A DNA stretch of 64,000 nucleotides from Trueperaceae bacterium (GTDB lineage Bacteria; Deinococcota; Deinococci; Deinococcales; Trueperaceae), in assembly GCA_965213925.1 (NCBI GenBank), contig OZ243927.1, positions 768,001 to 832,000 of the forward strand, given 5' to 3'. The notes under the pieces were generated by a model that was not told the origin of the DNA, ran no database searches, and saw only the letters and a program-made list of their open reading frames with translations. Each line of letters starts with the position of its first letter. The stretch's first letter is position 1. Positions 10,574-21,577 of this stretch are shown piece by piece. The position numbers and the translations under genes are program-made.

Positions 10574-11227
10574 TCAGCCCGATTCCTCCGCGTTCTCAGG
10601 CAAAAGCGCTTCGATACGCGCCATGAGTTCTTGGGTCAGGGCGCTCATCTCTTCTCTCGAGCGTCCTTGAGGTGCAATCGGCTCACCGAAGGAGACACGA
10701 AAGTTATGCCCTTCGCGCCATATGGCAGCGGGTAGGAGCGGCACGCCTGCGCGTTGCGCTAAAAACGCCGCGCCGCCGTGCGCGTCCTTATTCGCGGCTT
10801 TGCGTGTCCCCTGCGGGAAAATGCCCACTGCCAGACCCTCTTTAAGATAGCGCAGCGCCTCTTTGATCGCCCGCATGTCGCTCTTACTCCGGTCCACCGG
10901 AAAGGCCATGAGGTGCTCGGCGAGCCAGCGCATCGGCTGCGACTCGAACAGCTCTTTTTTCGCCATGAAGTGAACCTCGCGCGGTATGAGCGAGCCGATA
11001 ACGGGCGGGTCGAAGTGCGAGAAGTGGTTGCTCGCGACGACCAGACCGGGCGTTTTCGGAATGTTCTCAGCGCCGTAGACCCTGAGCCCTAAAAAGAGCC
11101 GCGCGTAGTTGCGCACGGTAAAGGCGGCGAGGTAGTAAAACCAGTGCGTGCGCAGGCGCTCAGGTGAGGTGAGGACGTTGGCTTTTCCTGCTTCTGTTTG
11201 TGTTTTCATCCGCGTTTGCGTGCTCAT
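10574..11227 (-). CDS. plsC: 1-acyl-sn-glycerol-3-phosphate acyltransferase
   Basis: NHFSHFD, FMAKKELF, FPVDR, IFPQGTR. Confidence 0.9.
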   Translation of the reverse strand: MSTQTRMKTQTEAGKANVLTSPERLRTHWFYYLAAFTVRNYARLFLGLRVYGAENIPKTPGLVVASNHFSHFDPPVIGSLIPREVHFMAKKELFESQPMRWLAEHLMAFPVDRSKSDMRAIKEALRYLKEGLAVGIFPQGTRKAANKDAHGGAAFLAQRAGVPLLPAAIWREGHNFRVSFGEPIAPQGRSREEMSALTQELMARIEALLPENAEESG

Positions 11228-11703
11228 CGTTTCTGCCTATCCAAATAAAGTGCGCCTAAAACACCGACTAGGGCAGTGAGCCCGTGGACGCTAAGCCAAA
11301 CTGCAGGCGTGGGGTCCCAGGGGAGGTCAACCGAGAAGAGCCGCCGCTGCGAGAGTTGCCATACGATCACCTGCGGAGTGACATAAAGCGCCGGGGAGAC
11401 GACCACGGCGGCGTAGCGCCAGGAGAATTCCAAACCTAACATGGCGAGGAGGCTCGAGCTTAGAACGACGGGTAACATCACCAACCACGCCGTCGTGCCG
11501 CTGATGAGCCCGATCGCGGGCGTGAGCAGCGCGGTGGCGTAGGCGAAGGGCATCCCGGCAAACGCGAACGCGGCGTACGAAGAAAGCAGAATGCCCAAGC
11601 TCCGGTAGAGAATCGGAATGGGCGCAACCGCGCAGACTGCTGCCAAAAGAAACAGAAAGACGCCGACGAAAAAGGTGCGGGCGGGCGGTGCGTTGCGCGT
11701 CAT
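11224..11703 (-). CDS. Hypothetical membrane protein
   Basis: Multiple hydrophobic segments; overlaps plsC start by 4 nt. Confidence 0.75.
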   Translation of the reverse strand: MTRNAPPARTFFVGVFLFLLAAVCAVAPIPILYRSLGILLSSYAAFAFAGMPFAYATALLTPAIGLISGTTAWLVMLPVVLSSSLLAMLGLEFSWRYAAVVVSPALYVTPQVIVWQLSQRRLFSVDLPWDPTPAVWLSVHGLTALVGVLGALYLDRQKR

Positions 11704-11739
11704 AAGGTGAATATAACAGGGCGGCTCATGGAGGGTGAG

Positions 11740-14601
11740 TTATGCAAGGGCGACCTCGAGCCTGTTCGCGATCGCCGGAATGCCGCGCAGATACGAGCCC
11801 GTCGAAGAGGTCTCGTGCGCCGCTACCGTCTCCGGCGTCCCTGCTGCAACCACCATGCCGCCGCGCACGCCGCCATCTGGTCCTAGATCCACAATCCAGT
11901 CCGACGTCTTGATCACGTCCATATTGTGCTCGATCACCACGAGCGTGTTGCCGCCGTCTACGAGGCGGTGCAAAACACCCAAGAGCTTCGACACGTCCTC
12001 GAAGTGCAAACCTGTGGTGGGTTCGTCCAAAATGTAGAGCGTCTTACCTGTCGAACGCTTGCCGAGTTCCGAGGCGAGCTTCACGCGCTGCGCTTCGCCG
12101 CCGGAGAGGGTCGGGGAGGGTTGCCCGATCTTGATATAGCCAAGCCCGACATCCTGCATGAGCTGGAGCTTGCGGGCGATGTTCGGGATGTTTTCGAAGA
12201 ACTCCGCGCCCTCGTCTACCGTCATCGCGAGTACGTCCGAGATGGACTTGCCGCGAATTTTAACCTCCAAGGTCTCACGGTTGTAGCGCGCGCCCTTACA
12301 GACCTCGCAGGGCACGTAGATATCAGGCAAGAAGTACATCTCGACCTTGACTGTGCCGTCGCCTTTACACGCTTCACAGCGCCCGCCCTTCACGTTGAAG
12401 GAGAAGCGCCCCGGCTTGTAGCCGCGCTTGCGCGCTTCGGGCGCGCGGGTGTAGAGGTCGCGGATGTCCGTGAAGATGCCCGTATAGGTCGCGGGGTTGC
12501 TACGCGGCGTGCGCCCGATGGGGCTCTGGTCGATTTCGATGACCTTATCCACGTGCTCGGTGCCCTGGATGCTCCTATGTGCGCCCGGTATCTCTTTGGC
12601 GCGGTAGAGCTGTTTAGCGAGCGAAGCGTGCAAGATGCGGTGCACGAGCGTGGACTTGCCCGAGCCGGATGCGCCCGTGATGCAAGTGAGCGTGCCTAAA
12701 GGAATCTCTACGTCCACATTCTGCAAGTTGTGCTCGGTCGCGCCGACGATTTTAAGCGTTTTGCCGTTGCCGTTTCTGCGCGACTCCGGCACGTCTATTT
12801 TACGCTCGCCGCGCAAGTACGCCGCCGTCAGCGAGGATTTGTCCTTCATGAGCTTGTTAGGCGTGTCCGACGCGACGACGTGACCGCCGTGGACGCCCGC
12901 ACCCGGTCCCAAGTCCACGATGTAGTCCGAGGCGCGCATCGTCTCCTCGTCGTGCTCGACGACGATAAGCGTGTTGCCTAAGTCGCGCAGCGAGAGGAGC
13001 GTTTTGAGGAGCCTCGAGTTATCCCGAGGGTGCAGCCCAATCGAAGGCTCGTCCAGCACGTAGAGTACGCCCGTTAAACCGCTGCCGACTTGTGTTGCCA
13101 GACGAATCCGCTGCGCCTCACCGCCTGAAAGCGTATTCGCGCTCCGGTCTAACGTGAGGTAGTCCAGCCCGACGTTCTCCAAAAAGCCTAAACGAGAGCC
13201 CACCTCACGCATGATGGGCGCGGCAATCGCGCCGCCTGGTCCCTCTAAGTCCAACGTCCTAAAGAAGTCCCCAGCCTCCAGTACCGTCATCCCTGACAAG
13301 TCCGCGACGTTTTTGCCCGCCACCGTCACCGCTAAGACTTCCGGCTTGTAGCGCGTGCCGCCGCACTTGGGACAAGGAACTAGAGACATAAACGCTTCGA
13401 TCTTTTCCCGCGCGTAGTCCGAGGTGGACTCTTTGTAGCGACGCTCGAGGTTCGGAATGACTCCCTCGAACTCCGCGTTGAAGCGCATCGTCTCTTTGCC
13501 GCCGCGCTTGTAGACGACCTCGATGGCGTCATCGGAGCCGTTCAGGACCGTTTTCTGCGCCTTTTTGGGCAGGTCTTCCCAAGGCGTCGTGAGGTCGAAG
13601 TCCATATGTTCCGAGAGCGCCTTGAGGCGGTCCCAGTAGAAGACCTTGGAACCATCGTTTTTGCCCTGGCTCCAGGCGGCGATGGCACCTTTGCCGATCG
13701 AGAGCGTTTCGTCCGGCACGATAAGTTTAGGGTCGAACTCCTGCTTGAAGCCTAAGCCCGTGCAGTGTCCGCACGCTCCGTAGGGGCTGTTGAAGGAGAA
13801 GGCGCGGGGCTCGAGTTCTTCTAACGCCGTGCCGTGCTCCGGGCAAGCGAAGCGCTCGCTGAAGAGTTCGTCGTTATTCTTGTCGGGTAAAAAGACGCGC
13901 ATCAACCCTTCGCCCTTTTGCAGCGCCAACTCGACGGACTCCGCCATCCTCGAGCGGTCCTCAGAGCTTACCTTGATGCGGTCCACCACCACGTCGATGT
14001 CGTGCTTCTCGTACTTCTCCAAGCTGAGCTTGAGCGCCTCATCCAGCGTCTGCACGTCGTCGTCCACACGAACCCGCGCGAAGCCCTCCTTTTTAAGTCC
14101 TTCGAAGAGCTTTTTGTATTCACCCTTACGTCCGCGCACAAGAGGCGCAAGGATGAGCGCCCGCTCGCCCTCAAAACGCTCTAAAAGTCTGTCCACAATC
14201 TCTGTGGCGGATTGCTTCTCGATGGGACGTCCGCAGACCGGGCAGTGGGGTTTGCCCGCCCTCGCGAACAAAAGGCGCAAGTAGTCGTGAATCTCCGTGA
14301 CCGTACCGACCGTCGAGCGCGGGTTGTGACTCGTCGTCTTCTGGTCGATGCTGATCGCGGGCGACAAGCCCTCGATGGAGTCCACGTCGGGCTTGTCCAT
14401 CAGTCCTAAGAACTGCCGCGCATACGCCGATAAGCTCTCGACGTAGCGCCGCTGCCCTTCGGCGTAGATGGTGTCAAACGCTAAGGTGGACTTACCCGAG
14501 CCCGACACGCCCGTAAAGACGATAAAGGCGTTGCGGGGGAGTTCGATGTGGACATCTTTGAGGTTGTGCTCTCTTGCGCCGCGAACGATGAGGTTTTGCA
14601 A
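11740..14601 (-). CDS. uvrA: Excinuclease ABC subunit A
   Basis: [19 protein letters not shown], two LSGGEAQR signatures, zinc fingers. Confidence 0.99.
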   Translation of the reverse strand: MQNLIVRGAREHNLKDVHIELPRNAFIVFTGVSGSGKSTLAFDTIYAEGQRRYVESLSAYARQFLGLMDKPDVDSIEGLSPAISIDQKTTSHNPRSTVGTVTEIHDYLRLLFARAGKPHCPVCGRPIEKQSATEIVDRLLERFEGERALILAPLVRGRKGEYKKLFEGLKKEGFARVRVDDDVQTLDEALKLSLEKYEKHDIDVVVDRIKVSSEDRSRMAESVELALQKGEGLMRVFLPDKNNDELFSERFACPEHGTALEELEPRAFSFNSPYGACGHCTGLGFKQEFDPKLIVPDETLSIGKGAIAAWSQGKNDGSKVFYWDRLKALSEHMDFDLTTPWEDLPKKAQKTVLNGSDDAIEVVYKRGGKETMRFNAEFEGVIPNLERRYKESTSDYAREKIEAFMSLVPCPKCGGTRYKPEVLAVTVAGKNVADLSGMTVLEAGDFFRTLDLEGPGGAIAAPIMREVGSRLGFLENVGLDYLTLDRSANTLSGGEAQRIRLATQVGSGLTGVLYVLDEPSIGLHPRDNSRLLKTLLSLRDLGNTLIVVEHDEETMRASDYIVDLGPGAGVHGGHVVASDTPNKLMKDKSSLTAAYLRGERKIDVPESRRNGNGKTLKIVGATEHNLQNVDVEIPLGTLTCITGASGSGKSTLVHRILHASLAKQLYRAKEIPGAHRSIQGTEHVDKVIEIDQSPIGRTPRSNPATYTGIFTDIRDLYTRAPEARKRGYKPGRFSFNVKGGRCEACKGDGTVKVEMYFLPDIYVPCEVCKGARYNRETLEVKIRGKSISDVLAMTVDEGAEFFENIPNIARKLQLMQDVGLGYIKIGQPSPTLSGGEAQRVKLASELGKRSTGKTLYILDEPTTGLHFEDVSKLLGVLHRLVDGGNTLVVIEHNMDVIKTSDWIVDLGPDGGVRGGMVVAAGTPETVAAHETSSTGSYLRGIPAIANRLEVALA

Positions 14602-15254
14602 GGTTTCTCCCTAGGTGGTTATGTTAGCGTGTCTTTCTATCTTGCTCGAAGTAATTGCTTGAACGAGGCGTCTTTTGAACATAGAGCTGCTAGAGGCTGC
14701 GCCAAAACGCGCCCTGAGTGAATAGCGTAGCGAAGGTCAGTCTGGATCATAGCTGTCTGAGTCGTAACGTGGGCTGGGCACGTGGGCTCTAACAAATATA
14801 GAAGTATACCAGAGCGCGGCGGGGTAGGGGTAGTCTGCCTAGCGCAAAGGCGCTGAGTTCGCTATGAAAAACTCAACATGAAATAGCAGGTTACTTCGTA
14901 AGCTTCGCGCAATCAAAGTCTGTCTCGCAAAGCTCGGTTCACGAAGTTTCTGCGTAGCAGCGGTGGTCAGAGTGTACGAAGTCCTTCCCGGTTACACCGT
15001 TTTCGCGAATGCGAAAGGAAAACTTCGTTTGCGTAGCCCTTACTTCGTAACACTGCGCACACCTTCGGGAGAAGCGAAGCAACGCTCTTACTGTAGAAAA
15101 CACAGTTCAGCACGAACGTTCAGGGATGAAGTTCCGTTACAGCAAAGTTGTGAAATCTGCGCTCATCTATCTCAGTATATCTTGGAGGCGCTAAAAAACC
15201 GACATTCGCTCTATAGAATGTCAGTTGGGGCTCGAGCCCGACTCGGTTATGTTC

Positions 15255-15530
15255 TTAGTGTGGCTTCGGCGAGTCTTCCTTCGCAATCACGAACTCGTAT
15301 TTGAGCAAAAGTGCGCCGATGAACGCGATGATGACAAGCGGCGCTGCTACCATGACGAGAACGAGAACAACGAGCCCGGCGAGCAGCAGCGGCGTGCTGA
15401 GGCGCGTTTCGCCCTCTTTGTCCTTGACGATAAAAAGCCTGCGCTCCGTGCCCAGGCGCGCGTAGATTTGCTTCTCAGCGTCCCTGGCTAAAACGCTCGT
15501 ACGCTCCCATATCCTTTTGACTTCGTCCAT
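15255..15530 (-). CDS. Small hypothetical membrane protein (DUF4342-related)
   Basis: RRLFIVKDKEGET plus hydrophobic segment, resembling the neighbouring gene. Confidence 0.65.
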   Translation of the reverse strand: MDEVKRIWERTSVLARDAEKQIYARLGTERRLFIVKDKEGETRLSTPLLLAGLVVLVLVMVAAPLVIIAFIGALLLKYEFVIAKEDSPKPH

Positions 15531-15546
15531 AAAGACAATCTACTCG

Positions 15547-15927
15547 CTAAACGGCTGTCGGGCTGTCGTGTGAAGAGTTAGAGGGCGCTTTGTCCAAAAG
15601 CTTATCGGACGCCGAGGAGGTCTCCGCCATCTTGAAGTCCTCTATGCGCCGCTCTACAGACAGCGTCAAGTTCGCCGCGAGCGCCGCAATCGCGCCGACG
15701 CCCGCCCATACGGGTAGAAGCAGCGTACCGACGACGCCCGCCGTCAGCGGAATCTCGATGAGCGTTTTGCCCTCGTCGTTCTTGAGGATGATGCGGCGCA
15801 CGTTGCCCTCGCGCAAAAGTTCGCGGATTTTTACCGTGAGCGTCTCACCACTCATGTGAAACTCTTCGGTGACGGTTTTTCTATCCTCATTTTGACCTGC
15901 CTCGTGATAGTTGCTGTTCTCGTCCAT
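15547..15927 (-). CDS. DUF4342 domain protein
   Basis: ELLREGNVRRIILK...LIEIPLTAG motif; AAGGAGG RBS. Confidence 0.85.
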   Translation of the reverse strand: MDENSNYHEAGQNEDRKTVTEEFHMSGETLTVKIRELLREGNVRRIILKNDEGKTLIEIPLTAGVVGTLLLPVWAGVGAIAALAANLTLSVERRIEDFKMAETSSASDKLLDKAPSNSSHDSPTAV

Positions 15928-16020
15928 TTTATCCTCCTTTATTTCCCGGAGTATAGACCTGGAGTAGAGGGGGTGTCATCACACTAAAGGTGGAGGATAG
16001 AAGGAGGAGAAAAGTTGAAA

Positions 16021-16062
16021 AGGACTGAGTACTGAGTTCTCTACACTCAGTCCCTCGGTCCT
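16021..16062. repeat. Heptamer-based hairpin
   Basis: GGACTGA GTACTGA G...CTCAGTCC CTCGGTCCT. Confidence 0.55.
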
Positions 16063-16083
16063 GCGGAAAACGTAACGGTCCTA

Positions 16084-17107
16084 TTAAGCATTTTGAAGCT
16101 GCTCGGCGACCGCGTCCCTTACCGCTTCATAGAGGTGCGCCCGGTCCTTTCGCCGGGGCGCGCGCCGCCACCACGTTATCGTCGCCGAAGCGTTGCAGGG
16201 CGAGCACGCTCGTTTCCGAGGCGATAAGGAGTTCTTGTAACTTGCCGCCTGCAGGCTCGCTGTAGCCTGAGAAGAGCGCCTTAACTTCTCTGAAAAGCGT
16301 GTCCGAGTCGCCATAGCCTTGGCTGGGGCTGCCGCCCATCAAGTAGCCTGTCGTTACGGCGCTCACGCTCGGGCAGGCGTCGCGCACCGCGTCTATGAGG
16401 TCCTGATAGCGCCGCTGCTCGTCGGCTAAGCGGGCGGCTTCGGTCATCGCGGTGGTGACGGGCAGGTTAATGGTCGGGCGTGAGGGCGACGTGAAGGGCT
16501 GCACCTGAAACTCGGTGTTTTCCAAGATGAGGACGAGCGCGAGCGCGGGCAGTCCGCTCAGCGCGTTCTGTCCCTGTTTCGCTTCGGCGTGCGCCAGGAT
16601 GCCGTTATTGACGTAAACCCGCGCGGTATCGTCGCCGAAAGAGAGGAGGGCGCTCTGTTTGGCGATGCCCATCATCTCCAGAATGTCGGCAATCGCTACA
16701 AGCGAGGTGTTGCCCGAGAGCATGGAGGTGGTGAAGCGCTTATCGGGTTGCGCCGCGTCAGGCGCGCTCAGCACGTCTTGACCGGGTTTGGGAAGCTGGT
16801 CAAGCTTGAGGGGATAGTCCAGTACTGCGCTGGGCTGCTCGCCGCGCAACGTGCCGTCGCTGCCGGGCGCACGGACGAGGTAGAAGGGCACGCCTTCGGC
16901 TAAGCGCTTCGTCCAGGCTAAGAAGCCCGACGCGCTCGCGCCGCGCAGGTCCTCGTCGCAGAAGACGGCGTCGTAGAGCTTGGTGCGCAGGTTCTCCACG
17001 GCGGCCTTGGGGTCTTGTGCAACGTCGAGGTGCCAGTCAACGGTCTCGAGCGCCTTCTGAATATGAGTAAGACGACTGTACGTCGTCGCGATAACAAGTG
17101 CCTGCAC
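16084..17107 (-). CDS. Receiver-like + DUF4388 (PATAN-like) protein, apparent frameshift near 16150
   Basis: N-terminal receiver-like fold (YDAVFCDEDL), LSGN..LVAIADILEM DUF4388-like region; likely C-terminal helix continues in another frame; GTG at 17107 after GGAGG. Confidence 0.7.
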
Positions 17108-17627
17108 GAGAAATTCCTCCGAAGATATTACGTAAAGATACGCGAAGATACGCAAAAATCTTTTCCATTGTAGAGGAGAGGCGCAGACGACGACGTGGGA
17201 TTCTAGGCTTTATGGCAGGTGTCACATTCCACCCTGGTTTCTGCCGTCCAGACGTCGTTTTGAGGCACGTCGACTCGAGTATTGAGCTGCAAGAGAAGTG
17301 CCGCCAAGTTTACCCTTCTTCGCCCCACCGAGAAAGTCATAGACTGTGCTCGCGAGCTGCCCTTAGGGACGAGCACTTTGGCAGGGATAAATGTGCAAGA
17401 TTCGAAGGAGTTCACAAGAATTCCGATTGATTTGCTGTCATTCGCACTTGCGAAACGAATAGAGCGTCTAGAATATCATCGAGAAAAACGTTCGATGATA
17501 TGGAGTTAAGCGGAATTCGTGCGAGTGGTTTTGTCAAAGCTCCGGGTCGCGCGGCTTTTACTGCCATGTACGCTTCCACTAACTGAAGTGGCGCGACTGC
17601 CACGTAGCTGCGGCTTGTAGTGCTAGC

Positions 17628-18404
17628 TCAAGCCGCGACTAGCAAAACCTGACTCAGCGCGTCTAGCATCTCTTCTGCGCAGCTATAGCGTTCGCAGGGA
17701 CCGTGCGAAAGCGCTTTTTTGATAAGAGGTTCTAAGGGTGCAGCTTCGCTAGGCAGGGGTTCCAGTTCGACCGACGGGTCGTTCATAAGAAAACGAAAGA
17801 CGTTCTTGCCGTAGGGGGGACCGCCCGTTACCATGTGATAGAGCACCGCGCCCACGGCGTAGAGGTCGCTTCTGGGGTCGTGCCGCTCGCCGGCGAACTG
17901 CTCGGGCGGCATGTAGTTCGGCGTACCTAGAGACACACCCTGCTGCGTGATCGCCGCGAGCGCCAAATCTTTGGCGAAGCCAAAGTCGGTTAGGAGCGCC
18001 TTCTCGCCGTTGATGAGGATATTGGAGGGCTTGACGTCGCAGTGGATGACGTCGTTTTTGTGGGCGTAGGCGAGAGCGTGAAGCACGTCGGTGGCGATTT
18101 TGATACTGCGCTCTAAGCTGAGCGTGCCCTTATCTAGCGCTCCCTCTAACGTAATGCCGGGGCAGTACGAAAAGATGAGGCTCATATCCTGCACAGCTAA
18201 AAGAGGTACGATATTATCATGTTCCAAAAAGGTGACGACGGCAGCTTCGCGTCCTAGACGGTTGGCGAGCGAAGGCGAGCCGCCTTTAAGTTCCTTGACG
18301 ACCACGAGCTTATCTTGCCAGCGGGCCAACTCGACCCTCATCGGTCCGTTGTCAGATAGTACGCGGATGGGTGTAAACATTGCCATAAGATTATCATGTT
18401 TCAC
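17628..18404 (-). CDS. Ser/Thr kinase-domain protein (non-RD, no Gly loop)
   Basis: VVVK, HCDVKPSN, DFG, GTPNYMPPE, DLYAVG. Confidence 0.88.
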   Translation of the reverse strand: MKHDNLMAMFTPIRVLSDNGPMRVELARWQDKLVVVKELKGGSPSLANRLGREAAVVTFLEHDNIVPLLAVQDMSLIFSYCPGITLEGALDKGTLSLERSIKIATDVLHALAYAHKNDVIHCDVKPSNILINGEKALLTDFGFAKDLALAAITQQGVSLGTPNYMPPEQFAGERHDPRSDLYAVGAVLYHMVTGGPPYGKNVFRFLMNDPSVELEPLPSEAAPLEPLIKKALSHGPCERYSCAEEMLDALSQVLLVAA

Positions 18405-18443
18405 ATCTTAATAATCTTCATAGACGACGTAAAATTTCTTACT

Positions 18444-20666
18444 TTAAGGCGTGAGGCGCAAGCGTATTGCCCCTTCGTGGTGCGTTTGCGAGACGCTAGT
18501 ACCGTGAGCGTGAAGTTTCTCTAAAACACCTGTGTGCGGATGCCCGTAGCCGTTTCGTCCGTAGGAAAGAACCGCCCGCTCGGGTCGCGCTGCGTGAAGT
18601 AGCGCTTCGGAAGTCGAGTGCTTCGAGCCGTGGTGCGCCACCATTAAGATATCGACGTCGGGGACAAATAGCTCTTTTTCGACTCCGCTCGAGAGGTCGC
18701 CCAGGAAGAGCGCTTTCGTCCCCCGAACGTTCAGCACGAAGGCGACCGAGTTGTCGTTGTCTTTCTCGTAGGGTATGGGGGGCGGGTTGAGTATCTCGAG
18801 CTTCGCCTCACCTACGCTCAGCCTCTCGCCTCGCGTCACCTGCATCACTTGAGTCCCTTGGCGCGCCGCCGCCGCCATGAGCGCATCGAAAACAGGCTTT
18901 CCCGGCGTCGGCACGCCGATGAGGAGCGTCTGCACAGGCACCGCCTCCAACACGCTGACGAGCCCTTCGATGTGGTCCGTGTCGGGGTGCGAGGCGACGA
19001 CGAGTTCTAGCTCGTCCACCCCTTGCGCTCTGAGCGCGGGGAGTACCGTCCTTGCGCCCACGTCGAAGTCGCTGAAAGGCGTCCCGCCCCCGTCCACCAA
19101 AATCTCTACGCGCCCCGGCAACCGCACGAGCACGCTGTCGCCTTGTCCCACGTCGAGGAAAACTAACTCTGGCACCTCACCATCAGCGGTCACGGCTGAG
19201 CTGAGTACCACTACCGTGACGACGAGCAGCCCGCGCCAGGGGCGCAGGTATCCCCTTACGGCGAGCACAAAGGCGAACGCGCCGACCGCGTAGAAGGCGT
19301 AGCCGAGCGGCGCGATTTCGCCCCAGATGAGCACGGGAAGCCCCGCCGCTGCGTCCGCCAAGCGCAGGAGGGCGCTGGCCAAAAAACCCGTGATGAGGTT
19401 GAGCGCGCCTGCGAGCGAGAGGGAGACCAGACCGAGCAGACCCGCCAAGAACCCGAGCGGCACGAGCAGCGTGGCTAGGGGAATCGCGACGACGTTGACG
19501 AGCGGGCTGAAGAGCGGCACGACGCCGAAGGTGCTCGCCACTAGCGGCAGGCTCAGCGCTTGCGCGGCGACGCTGACGATGACGCTACCCAGCAGGAGGA
19601 CCCTAGGACGCCACCACTCGAGCCCCTCCCCCAGCAAACGCTTCGTCAAGGGTTCGGTGAGCAGCAAGATACCGGTGACCGCCAGATAGGAGAGCTGAAA
19701 CGAGAGGTCGAAGAGCCAAGCGGGATGCCATAAAAGCGTGATGAGCGCCGCCAACGAGAGCGAAGACCAGGGCTCGATGCGCCCGCTCCCTAGCCAGAGC
19801 GACGCGAGCACCGCCCCGACCATCAAGCTCGCCCGCAGCACGCTCGGGCTCGAGCCGACGAGCAGCACGAACCCGACGAGCATCACCATCATGACCGGAT
19901 AGCGCCGCTGCCCCAGCGGACGGAGCGACCAGCCGACCGCGCCGACCAAGATGCCCACGTGCAATCCCGAAAGCGCCAGGATATGCGCCAGACCGCTTCG
20001 CGCGAAGACCTCTCGCAGCTCGCCTAGCCCGTCACGGATGCCCAGCGTCATCGCTTGCATGAGGGCGGCGGGGCGTTCGTCCAAACCTGCGATGACGCCG
20101 CGCTGCAGTCTCCCTTTCAGCGTTCGGGTCGGCGCGGCGTCCACGACCTCTTCGATATAGAGCTGCCCTTTAATATTGCGCCTCGTCAGATAGGCGCGGT
20201 AGTCGAAGCCGCCGGGATTGCGCTTGCCCGCCGCCTCTTGCAAGGTGCCCTGTACCGTCACGCGGCCCGCCGAGACGGTGCCGGAAGGGGACAGGGCGAC
20301 CCTCACGCCCCTGACGCTTGCGGGTTGCTCGAGCCGCAAGTACCGCCCGTCGCTCACCCCCGAAAAGGTCATCTCCTCGCCCAGCAAGGGCGTAAGTGGG
20401 TTGGGCTGCGCCTCCCACGCGCTGTAACGGACGCCGCCGAGCGGCGCGAGAAACACGAGGACCACAAGAAGCACCTGACCTCTTGTGTATGCGAATGCCG
20501 CCAAGAGGCTCGAGCCGACGAGCGTCAACCAAAGAGGGACATTCAAGCCCGCCAACACGACGCCTACAGCGAGGCAGAGCGCCGCCGGAACCGACCAGGG
20601 CGCGAAAGCTCCAACCTCTGCCGATTCCTCTAGCTGCCCGTCTAACGTTGCTGGCGCGGTGCTCAT
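18444..20666 (-). CDS. comEC: DNA internalization competence protein ComEC/Rec2
   Basis: NPGGFDY, GLAHILALSGLH, SFQLSY, DVGQGD, SHPDTDH, HHGS. Confidence 0.96.
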   Translation of the reverse strand: MSTAPATLDGQLEESAEVGAFAPWSVPAALCLAVGVVLAGLNVPLWLTLVGSSLLAAFAYTRGQVLLVVLVFLAPLGGVRYSAWEAQPNPLTPLLGEEMTFSGVSDGRYLRLEQPASVRGVRVALSPSGTVSAGRVTVQGTLQEAAGKRNPGGFDYRAYLTRRNIKGQLYIEEVVDAAPTRTLKGRLQRGVIAGLDERPAALMQAMTLGIRDGLGELREVFARSGLAHILALSGLHVGILVGAVGWSLRPLGQRRYPVMMVMLVGFVLLVGSSPSVLRASLMVGAVLASLWLGSGRIEPWSSLSLAALITLLWHPAWLFDLSFQLSYLAVTGILLLTEPLTKRLLGEGLEWWRPRVLLLGSVIVSVAAQALSLPLVASTFGVVPLFSPLVNVVAIPLATLLVPLGFLAGLLGLVSLSLAGALNLITGFLASALLRLADAAAGLPVLIWGEIAPLGYAFYAVGAFAFVLAVRGYLRPWRGLLVVTVVVLSSAVTADGEVPELVFLDVGQGDSVLVRLPGRVEILVDGGGTPFSDFDVGARTVLPALRAQGVDELELVVASHPDTDHIEGLVSVLEAVPVQTLLIGVPTPGKPVFDALMAAAARQGTQVMQVTRGERLSVGEAKLEILNPPPIPYEKDNDNSVAFVLNVRGTKALFLGDLSSGVEKELFVPDVDILMVAHHGSKHSTSEALLHAARPERAVLSYGRNGYGHPHTGVLEKLHAHGTSVSQTHHEGAIRLRLTP

Positions 20667-21163
20667 AACTTGACGAGTGGACGCAGCTTCTCCAACGTCA
20701 CCGCGCCGATGCCCGGAACGTTCAAGAGGTCTTCGACGCTCGAGAAAGGCCGCCTCGCCACGATGCGCTCCGCCAGCGCCGGACCGATGCCGGGCAGGCG
20801 GTCTAAGTCTCCTTCACTCGCCGAGTTGAGGCTGATACGCGCTTCGCCCGCCGCCGTTTGCTGGCTCGGGACGAAGACCGCGCCTCCCGCTGTAAGGGGC
20901 GCGGCGGGGTTGATGAGGGTCGTTTCTGCCTCCGACGAGAGCCCGCCCGCTGCTGCGATGAGGTCTTGCAGCCTCGAGCCCCAGGCGAGTGTGTAGACCC
21001 CCGGCGAACGCACCGCACCTGAAATCGACACCGTAATGTCGGGCTGCACCCGCTCAATCTCGACGCGCTGAACGGTGAGCCGAGGGGCTAAGTTGAGACC
21101 GACGAGCAAGGCGCAAACCGCCACGAGGCTCCAGGTGATGAGGTTTTCTCGGCGCGACGTCAC
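20663..21163 (-). CDS. comEA: Competence DNA receptor ComEA
   Basis: SLBB (ISGAVRSPGVY) plus HhH (LPGIGPALAERI, VPGIG). Confidence 0.93.
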   Translation of the reverse strand: MTSRRENLITWSLVAVCALLVGLNLAPRLTVQRVEIERVQPDITVSISGAVRSPGVYTLAWGSRLQDLIAAAGGLSSEAETTLINPAAPLTAGGAVFVPSQQTAAGEARISLNSASEGDLDRLPGIGPALAERIVARRPFSSVEDLLNVPGIGAVTLEKLRPLVKL

Positions 21164-21338
21164 CTGAGAAGTTTACGGCGCTAGAACACGCCGAGCCGCG
21201 AAAAATTTGGGTTAAGACTCCGTGAGGTGCTCGAGTGAAGTTGCCGACACTTAGAGGTGGGAGGCTCGAGCACCGAATTTAGGATTTGATATGGCGATAA
21301 CTGAGTACACCGTAAACTAAGTATTGATACTTTTTACC

Positions 21339-21470
21339 GATGTCACCCTGTTCACGAAGTCGGGCGTAAGCCTTGCGAATGCGTAAGGGTCTCGTCTCTC
21401 AATCTCGGCTAGACAAGAAAGCGAATTCAGAGATTCTTACGCTCCACTGCGTTTCGCTCAGAATGACATC
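21339..21470. repeat. REP/MITE-like palindromic element
   Basis: GATGTCACCCTG...GAGATTCTT...CGCTCAGAATGACATC ends; related half copy TGTCACCCTGAGC near 22455. Confidence 0.55.
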
Positions 21471-21530
21471 ACTCATTCTTTAGTTGACAGTACAGTGTAG
21501 TTGTATCCGGTCATCTCTATAAATAACAAA

Positions 21531-21559
21531 GAAGGCTCAAGTAACTGTCTCGAGCCTTC
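21531..21559 (-). terminator. sodA terminator
   Basis: GAAGGCTC...GAGCCTTC stem followed by TTTGTTATTT on the minus strand. Confidence 0.65.
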
Positions 21560-21577
21560 AGTGCGAGTATTTAGGGC

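Noticed and set aside
14602..14830. SOS box or Deinococcus RDRM upstream of uvrA
   Set aside because: Candidate half-sites have wrong spacing or too many mismatches
14850..15175. ORF 14963-15304 or ncRNA in the uvrA upstream gap
   Set aside because: Only scattered TTCG-loop mini-hairpins (TTACTTCGTAA twice); probably decayed REP/MITE with boundaries I cannot support
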